A DNA stretch of 64,000 nt, taken from Promethearchaeota archaeon. Its GTDB lineage: Archaea; Asgardarchaeota; Lokiarchaeia; Sigyniarchaeales; SOKP01. Below are positions 38,878 through 47,568 of the stretch, piece by piece. Where the stretch lies: positions 1 to 64,000 of the forward strand of contig JAEOTR010000046.1 of assembly GCA_016839705.1 (NCBI GenBank), in the 5' to 3' direction. Made by a program: the position numbers and the translations under genes. The first letter of the stretch is position 1. Every line of letters begins with the position of its first letter. The notes beneath the pieces are model-generated. The model saw only the letters and a list, made by a program, of their open reading frames with translations, was not told the origin of the DNA and searched no databases.

Positions 38878-40980
38878 TCAATCGTTTCGGTGAAACTTAA
38901 ACTTCATTATTTCATCCATTTGATCCAGTAACACTTCATTTTCGTGTATCTTGTTTAAAAATATCTTAATTTCATTAAGATTTCGCTCTAACTCTTCAGA
39001 AGAGTACATAGTATATTTTTCAATCTGAAATCGGTGTAGAAGATACTTTACTTGAATTTTATTAACTCCATTTTCTGAATATAAAAATTCTCTTACCTTA
39101 TCGAAATTTTTGTTAGACCTCAAGTATAACTTATCTAAATATAATAGATTAACTAAAGAATCGCTAATTTTATTAGAAGTCTGTATTAGATTCACAATTT
39201 CGTCTTGAAACCGTTCTTTTAATGACTGCAACTCTTCTGTTTTAAATATATGCCTAGTATGAAAGTCGTATTGTAACTGGGAAAGGAATTGTAATATTTT
39301 ACCAAAGGAGGATAACACAAAAGGAAATTTTTGTGGTATGGGTAATCTTTTTATAAAACTTCCGTTAAATCTCAAGTAACCCCCTCCCATATGAAGAGAA
39401 CTAAACAAAGTTTTAAATATGGTATCCATTAATGCAGAGTTCATAATAACTAAGAGGCTAAATAATTGATCCTTGTTAAAAGAGGAAATTTTTACAAAAT
39501 ATAATCCAGTCACATTTGTGTATATTCCCGGGTCAAATGTCCAAGTCAATTCTTTAGCTACTTCCCTGAAGATTAACTTTTGACCCGTGAACTCTTTCCA
39601 TATATCTGCAAAATTACTTTGATATTTGAAATAAGAAATAGGAATTGTTCTTTTCGCTATTTTAATTAATTTATCAAACTTGATATGATATTTTCCCACG
39701 TTTCCTGTTCCTATCAATAATAGATCTTTTATTGATGTTGGATTATTACTTATATTATTAAGGTGCTTAGACCAGTTTATAAAGCCATACGGCCTATAGA
39801 TTATCTTTAAATCACGGATTGATTCCGAAAATGGTTTATAATTATTATATAAATATTTTACCAAATCAATTTGACCAGAAATAGGAATTACAAATGCCGG
39901 AACTTTTTCTATTAAGTTTTGAGGTAATAATTGTGGTTTGATTTTGCTGTCTTCGTTCAGTTCATTCAATTTTTTGTATTTCTTTATTAGCACCATATTA
40001 TTAGCATTCGTCAATGATTTTTTAAGAGTTAAAATTATGGGATATGCCGCAGTTCGACCAAAAATAGGAATTGAGGAAATATTGATAATTTCTTTTAACT
40101 CGGTATTGTTAATGAGTAATTTTCGGATTTGAATTCCGTAATCAGCAGCTAAAAATTTATTCGTAGTTATCATAGATAAAAACCCATTGTGTTCTTTTAA
40201 TACTTCTAAGGCTTTTTCGATAAAAACTATAGAGAGATCAAATAACCGATAGGCTGATTTAAACCTCTTTTTTAATTTCTTTTTATATTCACTTGATTTA
40301 ATTTTCTTATTTTCAACATAAGGAGGATTACCTAAGATAATATCATACTTTTCGGAATTAAATTCTAAGAGAAAGTCTAAATTAAATAAATTGAATTTGA
40401 TATCGAATGAGTTAATTATTCTGTTAATTTCCTCAAGATGTAAACTATTAACGGTTAGATTAGGAAGTACAAGATTCGGTATATTTTCAGAATAAAGCCA
40501 ATAACTTAATCTTAACTTTGTAATAATATAGGCAGATTTCTCAATTTCGATTCCATAAAGATTATTCTGGATAATATTTTTTTTTATTTCATATTCATCT
40601 AATCCCGAGTTGAGAATTCTGAAGAAGTTATAAAGTATTTTTGCAGTTGAAATTAGAAATCTTCCAGATCCGCATGCAGGATCCAATATTTTAATAGTTT
40701 GGAGTTTTTTAATTAAGCTATTTCTTAATTTATTGTTTTTAGATAAAATGCATTGTAATTCTTTGAAATATGAATCCAAGTTTGAAAATTTTGATAAGGT
40801 AAAAAATTCTTCAAGATACATTTTGATGACTTTTAAAACAATATAATTCACAAGAGGTTTTGGGGTATAAATAGCTCCTAAACTCCTATCTTTAGTCTTT
40901 TGGTCATCTTTTGCCTTATCAAAATCAATAATAACCTTATCAAGATAACTTAAAAAATCTGGAGCGGATATCTTATTCAT
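38878..40980 (-). CDS. Amino (likely N6-adenine) DNA methyltransferase, Eco57I/TaqI-like gamma class
   Basis: GAIYTP, ILDPACGSGRF, GNPPY, C-terminal target-recognition domain. Confidence 0.88.
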   Translation of the reverse strand: MNKISAPDFLSYLDKVIIDFDKAKDDQKTKDRSLGAIYTPKPLVNYIVLKVIKMYLEEFFTLSKFSNLDSYFKELQCILSKNNKLRNSLIKKLQTIKILDPACGSGRFLISTAKILYNFFRILNSGLDEYEIKKNIIQNNLYGIEIEKSAYIITKLRLSYWLYSENIPNLVLPNLTVNSLHLEEINRIINSFDIKFNLFNLDFLLEFNSEKYDIILGNPPYVENKKIKSSEYKKKLKKRFKSAYRLFDLSIVFIEKALEVLKEHNGFLSMITTNKFLAADYGIQIRKLLINNTELKEIINISSIPIFGRTAAYPIILTLKKSLTNANNMVLIKKYKKLNELNEDSKIKPQLLPQNLIEKVPAFVIPISGQIDLVKYLYNNYKPFSESIRDLKIIYRPYGFINWSKHLNNISNNPTSIKDLLLIGTGNVGKYHIKFDKLIKIAKRTIPISYFKYQSNFADIWKEFTGQKLIFREVAKELTWTFDPGIYTNVTGLYFVKISSFNKDQLFSLLVIMNSALMDTIFKTLFSSLHMGGGYLRFNGSFIKRLPIPQKFPFVLSSFGKILQFLSQLQYDFHTRHIFKTEELQSLKERFQDEIVNLIQTSNKISDSLVNLLYLDKLYLRSNKNFDKVREFLYSENGVNKIQVKYLLHRFQIEKYTMYSSEELERNLNEIKIFLNKIHENEVLLDQMDEIMKFKFHRND

Positions 40981-41135
40981 GGGATATTAAATAAATGATT
41001 ACATATTGTAGAATTTTTAATTACTCTTGTTTAAAACTTGCATTTCCTTATTAATAAAAATTATAGAAATAATAATAAAAGTAAGGAGTTAATTTTTAGA
41101 ATTAATTTAAGATTTCGCTATTATTTAAGTAGAAT

Positions 41136-42041
41136 TTGATTGGAAAAGCCTTTTTGAAGGAATTAATTGATTATCCCCATAGGTTGTCTGATTTGGGATT
41201 TGAAGAGGTTAGTAAAATTCTTAAAAGTGCCAAAAAAGACTTTGAAAATGAGTATTTGTTATTGGAATTCAATTTACGAAATCCAGAGAAAGAAATTTAT
41301 GTAATTGGAGATATCCATGGAAATTTAGAAACTTTATTAGAGTTATATGATATAATTAAAGCACAAAATCCAGAATTTGTAATTTTTTTAGGAGATATTG
41401 TTGATCGAGGTTCTAAGCAATTGGAGTGTTTATTGTTTATATTAACCCTAAAAGTCTTAAATCCCCAAAGATATTATTTATTAAGGGGAAATCATGAAAC
41501 TTTAGAAATAAATCAAAATTATGGGTTCTATCAAGAATTTTTAAATAGATTTAAAGATCCTCGTAAATTTATTGAAATATCAGCTGTTTACAACTCACTT
41601 CCAATTTGTGCAGTTATTAACAGCAAAATATTATGTCTTCATGGTGGCATTCCTCAAGATATACACATACTTCAAAAAATAAAGGATATTAGAACTACTG
41701 ATTTAAGTGATATATTTGAATCAATTGCACAAAGCTTTTTTCAGATAATGTGGAATGACCCTAAGATGAAAGTGAAAGGATTTACTGATAGTTTTAGAGG
41801 TCCGGGAATTAAATTTTTTGGTGAGGATGTTTTTGATAGCTTTCTAAAAGAAAACAATTTAGAATTGCTTATCAGAGCACATGAATGTTTCCCAGAAGGA
41901 TTTAGGTGGTTCTTTCAGAAAAGGTTGTTATCAATATTTTCTTCAACAAATTACCGAGGATCATTTTCACCAAATCCTGCATCCTATGCAGTAATTAGGA
42001 AAAATGTAATTATCCCAAAAATTGTGAATATGAAAGAGTGA
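41136..42041 (+). CDS. PPP-family Ser/Thr protein phosphatase
   Basis: GDIHG, GDIVDRG, LRGNHE, HGG, WNDP, RAHE, FSSTNY. Confidence 0.93.
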   Translation: MIGKAFLKELIDYPHRLSDLGFEEVSKILKSAKKDFENEYLLLEFNLRNPEKEIYVIGDIHGNLETLLELYDIIKAQNPEFVIFLGDIVDRGSKQLECLLFILTLKVLNPQRYYLLRGNHETLEINQNYGFYQEFLNRFKDPRKFIEISAVYNSLPICAVINSKILCLHGGIPQDIHILQKIKDIRTTDLSDIFESIAQSFFQIMWNDPKMKVKGFTDSFRGPGIKFFGEDVFDSFLKENNLELLIRAHECFPEGFRWFFQKRLLSIFSSTNYRGSFSPNPASYAVIRKNVIIPKIVNMKE

Positions 42042-42055
42042 TATTAACAATAATT

Positions 42056-42319
42056 TTATGTTATTTGTGAAGCATCTGGTTTTATAAAGAGAAGATTATT
42101 ACCACGGATGAATATTTCATTATATTTAGCCACGGGGCTTCCATCTAAAATTTCGGTGGCATCAGTTAGAATCATATTCATATACGCATCTATTTCCCTT
42201 AATAATCCTTTATATTCTGTACCATCTTTTAACCTAAGCAAAATGACACTATTCTGAGCTTGCTGTAAGATAGAAAGAGGATTTTTTGATCGTTGTTGAT
42301 TGTTATCTCTATTTGACAT
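42056..42319 (-). CDS. Sm/LSm family RNA-binding protein (SmAP)
   Basis: Sm1 LKDG.EYKG.L..IDAYMNMIL and Sm2 IFIRGNN. Confidence 0.92.
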   Translation of the reverse strand: MSNRDNNQQRSKNPLSILQQAQNSVILLRLKDGTEYKGLLREIDAYMNMILTDATEILDGSPVAKYNEIFIRGNNLLFIKPDASQIT

Positions 42320-42437
42320 TTTTAAACCTTTATTAAAAAATAATTAACTTTACATTTATTGAAAAGATAATTTAAAGTTAGATTTTTTTCAATTAAAACC
42401 TTTTTATCGATATGAAAAATAGAAAGTTTAAAATTAT

Positions 42438-43055
42438 ATGGTTTTTATAATGGGGAAAAATTTTAAGCCTTTAAGCAAGAAGCAAGAAATTATTAACAGT
42501 TATGATTCATCAGCAGGTTATTATGATAATAGATATAGAAAAATACAAGAAGAAAAATATGATATTATTCTCAATAATTATGATTTACTAGAGAAGCGAA
42601 TTTTAGACAATGGATGTGGTACTGGACTTTTAATCGAATATTTATTAAATTCTAAGATAAATCATCATATCTTTAAATGTAAATACGTAGCAGTGGATAT
42701 TTCATGGAAAATGCTGTGTAAATTTAAAAAAAAACTACTAAAGCTAAGAAATAAACCCAATGTGCTGTTTGTTTTATCAGACATGGAAAATTTACCTTTT
42801 CGAAATAATTCTTTTAACTTAATATTTTCACTTACTTCCTTTCAAAATTTACCCAATATTTTAAATGGAATTCGAGAATCCCTTAGGGTGAGTGTAAATA
42901 AAGGTGATATTAAATTTTCAATTCTAAGGAAAAAATTGGAGCTGGATGAGGTAAAAAATTTGTTAACTCCATTTGTCAAAGACCTTGAAGTAACAAATAA
43001 GGAAGATATTGAAGATATTATTATCCAAGGTATCGTGATAAAAGAACCTACCTAA
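42438..43055 (+). CDS. Class I SAM-dependent methyltransferase
   Basis: ILDNGCGTG, VDIS..M, DMENLPF. Confidence 0.85.
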   Translation: MVFIMGKNFKPLSKKQEIINSYDSSAGYYDNRYRKIQEEKYDIILNNYDLLEKRILDNGCGTGLLIEYLLNSKINHHIFKCKYVAVDISWKMLCKFKKKLLKLRNKPNVLFVLSDMENLPFRNNSFNLIFSLTSFQNLPNILNGIRESLRVSVNKGDIKFSILRKKLELDEVKNLLTPFVKDLEVTNKEDIEDIIIQGIVIKEPT

Positions 43056-43060
43056 TTCTA

Positions 43061-43939
43061 TTATATTTTATAAAAATTATTTATAATTTCCTCGGGGTTA
43101 CTTTCAACATTGAATTTCTTTAAAAAATAACTACAAACATTTACAATATCCCTTTCTAAAAATGAATAAGCATTAGGATGATCTCGAGAGACCCATTGTA
43201 ACCAATCAATGATGAGGATATTACCCTCTTCATCTAAAACAATATTAAATTCACCTAAATCTCCATGAATCATCCCAACATTTTGAAAAATTGTTTTCAT
43301 TTGTTTTATGATTCGATTAAAAATTTTTTGAGGTTTTTTAATATTCTTATGATAAACTAATTCTTTTCCTCTTAAATATGACATAATAATTACATGACGA
43401 TTATACTCTATGGGTTTTGGGGTGTTTAATTTCAAAGGGTGAATTTTTTCTAACGCTTCAAATTCTCTTTTAGCAGCAAGTCTATTAACATAAAGCCAAG
43501 AATAGTGACTTCTATTACCCAAAAGATCTCTATATTTTTTAATAGCTCTAAAACTAGTTCGTCCCATGCGATAAAACTTTGCTGCAAAGATATTTTCATC
43601 ATCATCAATACAACTATATACATCTGATTCTTTTCCCTTTCCAATTAAGGGCCCAAGCTGGCTAATCACATTTTTCTCAACTAATGTGTGTAGAGCAAGC
43701 AAATCATAAGCTTTTGAGTTAAGTGTATAAGCGATTTCAAATTTCGAAGCATCTCTTATTATAAGATCAAGCTTATGAACCTTATTTAAGCGAAACAATG
43801 TTTCCTCCATCTTATATCTAGAGTAAAATTTAATATTTTTAATGGTCACATATTTAGATCTTTTCATTCCAATCTCTATTGCCATTAAAATTCTAAAATC
43901 TTCTTTTTCCAAAGTAGGTAAAAGATTAGCGATCTCCAC
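43061..43939 (-). CDS. rio2: RIO2 atypical protein kinase
   Basis: N-terminal wHTH, GKGKESDVY, KFYRMGRTSF, IHGDLGEFNI, IIDW. Confidence 0.93.
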   Translation of the reverse strand: MEIANLLPTLEKEDFRILMAIEIGMKRSKYVTIKNIKFYSRYKMEETLFRLNKVHKLDLIIRDASKFEIAYTLNSKAYDLLALHTLVEKNVISQLGPLIGKGKESDVYSCIDDDENIFAAKFYRMGRTSFRAIKKYRDLLGNRSHYSWLYVNRLAAKREFEALEKIHPLKLNTPKPIEYNRHVIIMSYLRGKELVYHKNIKKPQKIFNRIIKQMKTIFQNVGMIHGDLGEFNIVLDEEGNILIIDWLQWVSRDHPNAYSFLERDIVNVCSYFLKKFNVESNPEEIINNFYKI

Positions 43940-43949
43940 GATTTCTCAG

Positions 43950-44732
43950 CTAGAATATATATTTTCGATAGGTTTTTAGAAAAGATATAAATTTGTATAT
44001 AGATGGTAGTTCAAAAATAACCACAGAGAAAAGATTAATTGATATGAAAACAATTATTTCACTTTTCAAAATATAGAAAATGGTTAATGTAGAACCGCTT
44101 TGGAACGTGAAGAGATAAATATCGAAATTTAAATACAGTATTAACCCAAAACAAATAATTAAACCAACAAGGGAGAAAATAATTATCTGGTTTTCAACCT
44201 CAATTAATCCGATAATTAAATTAATTGCTAAAAATAAAATTGTTAGCATAATAAAGATTCTGGAGGTATTTATCCATGATTTGAAAGAGGTATTCTGGAC
44301 TTCTAGATTTATGCTAGAAATTGGCCAAAGCAGAGCTGTGCTCAAATTTAATAAAGAAATTATTGGCATAATAATTACAGCTAAAATAGAAATGAAAAAA
44401 GCACGTATCGTCATAAATCTACTAATTATTAAAGAACTCACCCCCTCATTTTTTGCGGATTCCAACATAGCTTCAATTTTCTTTTGAATTTCAATAGGAA
44501 AATTTTTCTTTGTTAACATAAGCTGAATGTTGAGTTCAGGGAAATTAGAAATTAACTCTTTTAGCTGACCATACCCTATATTGTATCTTTGTCTGGTACT
44601 TTTTGATCCACTCCATAAATAGATCAATTCTTTTTCTTCATCCAAAATCACGCACATATCATGTGATAATAGTGCATGTTCTTCTTCTCTCCACTGAGAT
44701 TTGGAATCATCAAAAATGAATGTTCTCAGCAT
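43950..44732 (-). CDS. Gelsolin-like domain fused to four predicted TM helices
   Basis: LLSHDMCVILDEEKELIYLWSGSKS matches the gelsolin-repeat core; C-terminal half has 4 hydrophobic segments. Confidence 0.65.
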   Translation of the reverse strand: MLRTFIFDDSKSQWREEEHALLSHDMCVILDEEKELIYLWSGSKSTRQRYNIGYGQLKELISNFPELNIQLMLTKKNFPIEIQKKIEAMLESAKNEGVSSLIISRFMTIRAFFISILAVIIMPIISLLNLSTALLWPISSINLEVQNTSFKSWINTSRIFIMLTILFLAINLIIGLIEVENQIIIFSLVGLIICFGLILYLNFDIYLFTFQSGSTLTIFYILKSEIIVFISINLFSVVIFELPSIYKFISFLKTYRKYIF

Positions 44733-44824
44733 TTATCATCTAATTATCTTAACAAGAGGAAGTTTTTATTCTTTTCTATCATACATCAAGCAAATTAAAA
44801 CCTAATACTGACTTATGCTTATTA

Positions 44825-45739
44825 TTATCTTTTTTGGGACTGTTGATTAGCAAGTCTGATTTGAATTTCTTCCCAGATATTATTAATATACTCTCTATAG
44901 CTTTTAATAATCTGTTCATCCATAGAGGTAAATCTTTTCTGAAATTTCAGATATTCAGTTATAGGTTTTCGTCGAGATGCATCTATATATTTTTTACTAG
45001 GTTTAGATAACTTAAATTCTCCGTTAATTACTTCATAAAGGGGCCAAAAACCTGTTTCAGTTGCTAGTCTTCCGATTAAAATAGTATCCTTAGGTTCATA
45101 GCCCCATCCAGGTGGACATGGGGATAAAATATGAATATATTTAGTTCCTTTTATCTCTTTAGCTTTCTTAAATTTCTCGTATAAATCGAGAGGGTATGAG
45201 GCATTCGCAGTAGCAACATACGGGATATTATGTGCTTCCAATATCTTTGGCATATTCTTCTTGAGGGTAAGCTTCCCTTCAGGAGTCGTTGTAGTGCGGA
45301 CCCCTAATGGTGTTGATCCACTTCTTTGAACTCCAGTATTCATATAAGCTTCATTATCGTAACACGCATAAATAAAATTGGTACCCCTTTCTGCAGCTCC
45401 ACTTAAGGCTTGGATTCCTATATCAGTCGTACCTCCATCACCTGCAAAAGCAAGCACATTTATATCATCAGATAACCCTTTATCTTCAAGTGATGCTAGT
45501 ATCCCTGATGCAGAAGCACCTGTGGTTGCAAATGGAGTATGATAAACAGAAACTTTTGTAGTACAAAAACCCTGCATTCCATGCAGAACAGTTAGGCAAG
45601 ATGCTGGTACAGTTATGATTGTATTAGGACCTAATGCTTTAAGTGCAATCCTATAAATTAATGCCATGCCACATCCAGAGCACGCTCGAGTCCCGGGATA
45701 AATAAATTCTTCTTCAGGAAGATCCATAACATTTACCAC
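44825..45739 (-). CDS. porB: Pyruvate/2-oxoacid:ferredoxin oxidoreductase beta subunit
   Basis: ACSGC, GDGGT.DIG, DNEAYMNTG.Q, SPCPPGW. Confidence 0.9.
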   Translation of the reverse strand: MVNVMDLPEEEFIYPGTRACSGCGMALIYRIALKALGPNTIITVPASCLTVLHGMQGFCTTKVSVYHTPFATTGASASGILASLEDKGLSDDINVLAFAGDGGTTDIGIQALSGAAERGTNFIYACYDNEAYMNTGVQRSGSTPLGVRTTTTPEGKLTLKKNMPKILEAHNIPYVATANASYPLDLYEKFKKAKEIKGTKYIHILSPCPPGWGYEPKDTILIGRLATETGFWPLYEVINGEFKLSKPSKKYIDASRRKPITEYLKFQKRFTSMDEQIIKSYREYINNIWEEIQIRLANQQSQKR

Positions 45740-45745
45740 TATTTT

Positions 45746-47008
45746 TCACCCACTCTTAAAATAAGTTGATTCATCATAATCACCTAATTCATCTAATTGT
45801 AAACCCAAAAAATCCGTTTTATTTGTAAATAAACCTTGTTTAAATTCTTTCAAAGCTTTTTGAACACCAATAATAATGTGATCTGTTTTGACATCTCTGC
45901 CACCTAAACCAACAATAAAACCCTTAATGTTTGGTCTATTATTTAAACTATAGAGCGCAGCTTTTAACTCGTAAGATAAAACTCCCTCATATCCATATCC
46001 AATTTCTCGATCAAATACTATAATATTTTCTTTATCTTGGAAAAATTCCCTCAAATCCTCATGTGGGAAAGGTCTAAAGAGCTTAAGACTAACGATTCCT
46101 ATTTTCAATCCTTCTGATCTTAGCTTTTTTAATGCTACTCTAGCTTGAGAAGCAACCGATCCCATAGCAAAGATTATGGTATTAGCATCCTCTGTTTGAA
46201 TTGTTTTATAAATGCCATTTCCGTAAGATCTTCCGAATCTTTTAGCAAATTCATTATGAACTTCTTTAATAATATTAAAAGAATTTTCCAAAGATTTTTG
46301 AAGCGCGTATCTATATTCGTAGTAACCTGGAGCTGTTCCCTCTGAACGGGAGATAACTTGAGGAGTAGTTACTGGATCAACTCCTTTTACTTGAGAAATA
46401 TCAGATAAATTAATATGGTGGTCGAGAGGAGGTAAATACTCATCAATATCTTCTTGAGGTTCTAGTTTTACGGGCATTGCAGTGTGTGAAAGGATATACC
46501 CATCATAAGCACACACTACAGGAAGATATATTCTTGAATCTTCAGCAATTTTAAAAGCTTGGAGGTTTGTATCATAAATTTCTTGATTAGTTTCACAGAA
46601 CAATTGAATCCACCCTACGTCTCTAATAGTTACGAAATCTTGATGGTCTGTCCAAACTGACCACGGGGCACCTAAACTTCTCGTTGCCAAATTGAGGACG
46701 ATTGGTAATCGATTACCTGAAGCCCAAGGTAACATTTCATACATCAATTCTAAACCATGAGCAGAAGTTGCTGTAGCTACCCTGGAGCCTGTAGCAGAGG
46801 CCGCACATAAAACCGCCATTGCACTATGCTCCGATTCAACTTTTACAAATCTAGCGTTTAACTTACCTTCTGCGATAAATTCTGCGATTTTTTCGACGAC
46901 GGGGCTTTGAGGTGTGATTGGATAAGCAGAAACAACCCCGACTTTTGCTTGTCTAAATGCATGTGCTGCAGCGTGATTACCTGTTAAAATCATTATATTA
47001 TTACTCAC
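45746..47008 (-). CDS. porA: Pyruvate/2-oxoacid:ferredoxin oxidoreductase alpha subunit
   Basis: AYPITPQ, VESEHSA, GLGGRD; start reassigned to GTG 47008 overlapping the porD TGA. Confidence 0.9.
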   Translation of the reverse strand: MSNNIMILTGNHAAAHAFRQAKVGVVSAYPITPQSPVVEKIAEFIAEGKLNARFVKVESEHSAMAVLCAASATGSRVATATSAHGLELMYEMLPWASGNRLPIVLNLATRSLGAPWSVWTDHQDFVTIRDVGWIQLFCETNQEIYDTNLQAFKIAEDSRIYLPVVCAYDGYILSHTAMPVKLEPQEDIDEYLPPLDHHINLSDISQVKGVDPVTTPQVISRSEGTAPGYYEYRYALQKSLENSFNIIKEVHNEFAKRFGRSYGNGIYKTIQTEDANTIIFAMGSVASQARVALKKLRSEGLKIGIVSLKLFRPFPHEDLREFFQDKENIIVFDREIGYGYEGVLSYELKAALYSLNNRPNIKGFIVGLGGRDVKTDHIIIGVQKALKEFKQGLFTNKTDFLGLQLDELGDYDESTYFKSG

Positions 47009-47304
47009 CCTTTTTTCACCTCTTCCATTGAGATCGCTTTTGCGGGGCATTCCATCATACATATTCCACATCCCTTACAATAATTGAGATCGATCGTCGG
47101 AGGGATGGTTCTAGTAACAACTGCTTCTGGGCAATATAGCCAACAATTAAAACACGCATTTTTTCCCGATTTAACAGGAATACACTTCTTTAAATCTATT
47201 TTTGGCTTTTTAGAACTCCAAGTTCCAGTCTGACCTGCTTCAGCTATTACCGGTTTTTGAACGGAACCTAAAATTTTTTGATAATCTTTTTTTGAGTCTG
47301 TCAT
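47005..47304 (-). CDS. porD: 2-oxoacid:ferredoxin oxidoreductase delta subunit
   Basis: TGTW, C..CFNCWLYCPE, YCKGCGICMMECP. Confidence 0.9.
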   Translation of the reverse strand: MTDSKKDYQKILGSVQKPVIAEAGQTGTWSSKKPKIDLKKCIPVKSGKNACFNCWLYCPEAVVTRTIPPTIDLNYCKGCGICMMECPAKAISMEEVKKG

Positions 47305-47568
47305 CTCTACACTTAAAATCAGATTCTTCTAAAAAGTTTAACGTAGTGAAATTTTTAATTCTTACCATTTAGAAATATAGAAGTTTAAAGGGGATTTCCA
47401 TTTATTTTTCAATGTAAGTAAATAGAGGATAAGAACCGCTAGGTGATACATTCTTTTAAATAAGAAATAAATAGGTGTTAATTCATTAATCTATTAATTA
47501 TTTTACGCTAGTAGAAAATTGTAGAGCAACTTGAATTATGTGGATTAATCTTAAAAATCAAATAAAAA

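Noticed and set aside
47009-47071. ORF-track N-terminal extensions of porA (47071) and Mut7-C (31530)
   Set aside because: They overlap porD or promoter-like AT-rich DNA; family-typical N-termini begin at 47008 and 31443
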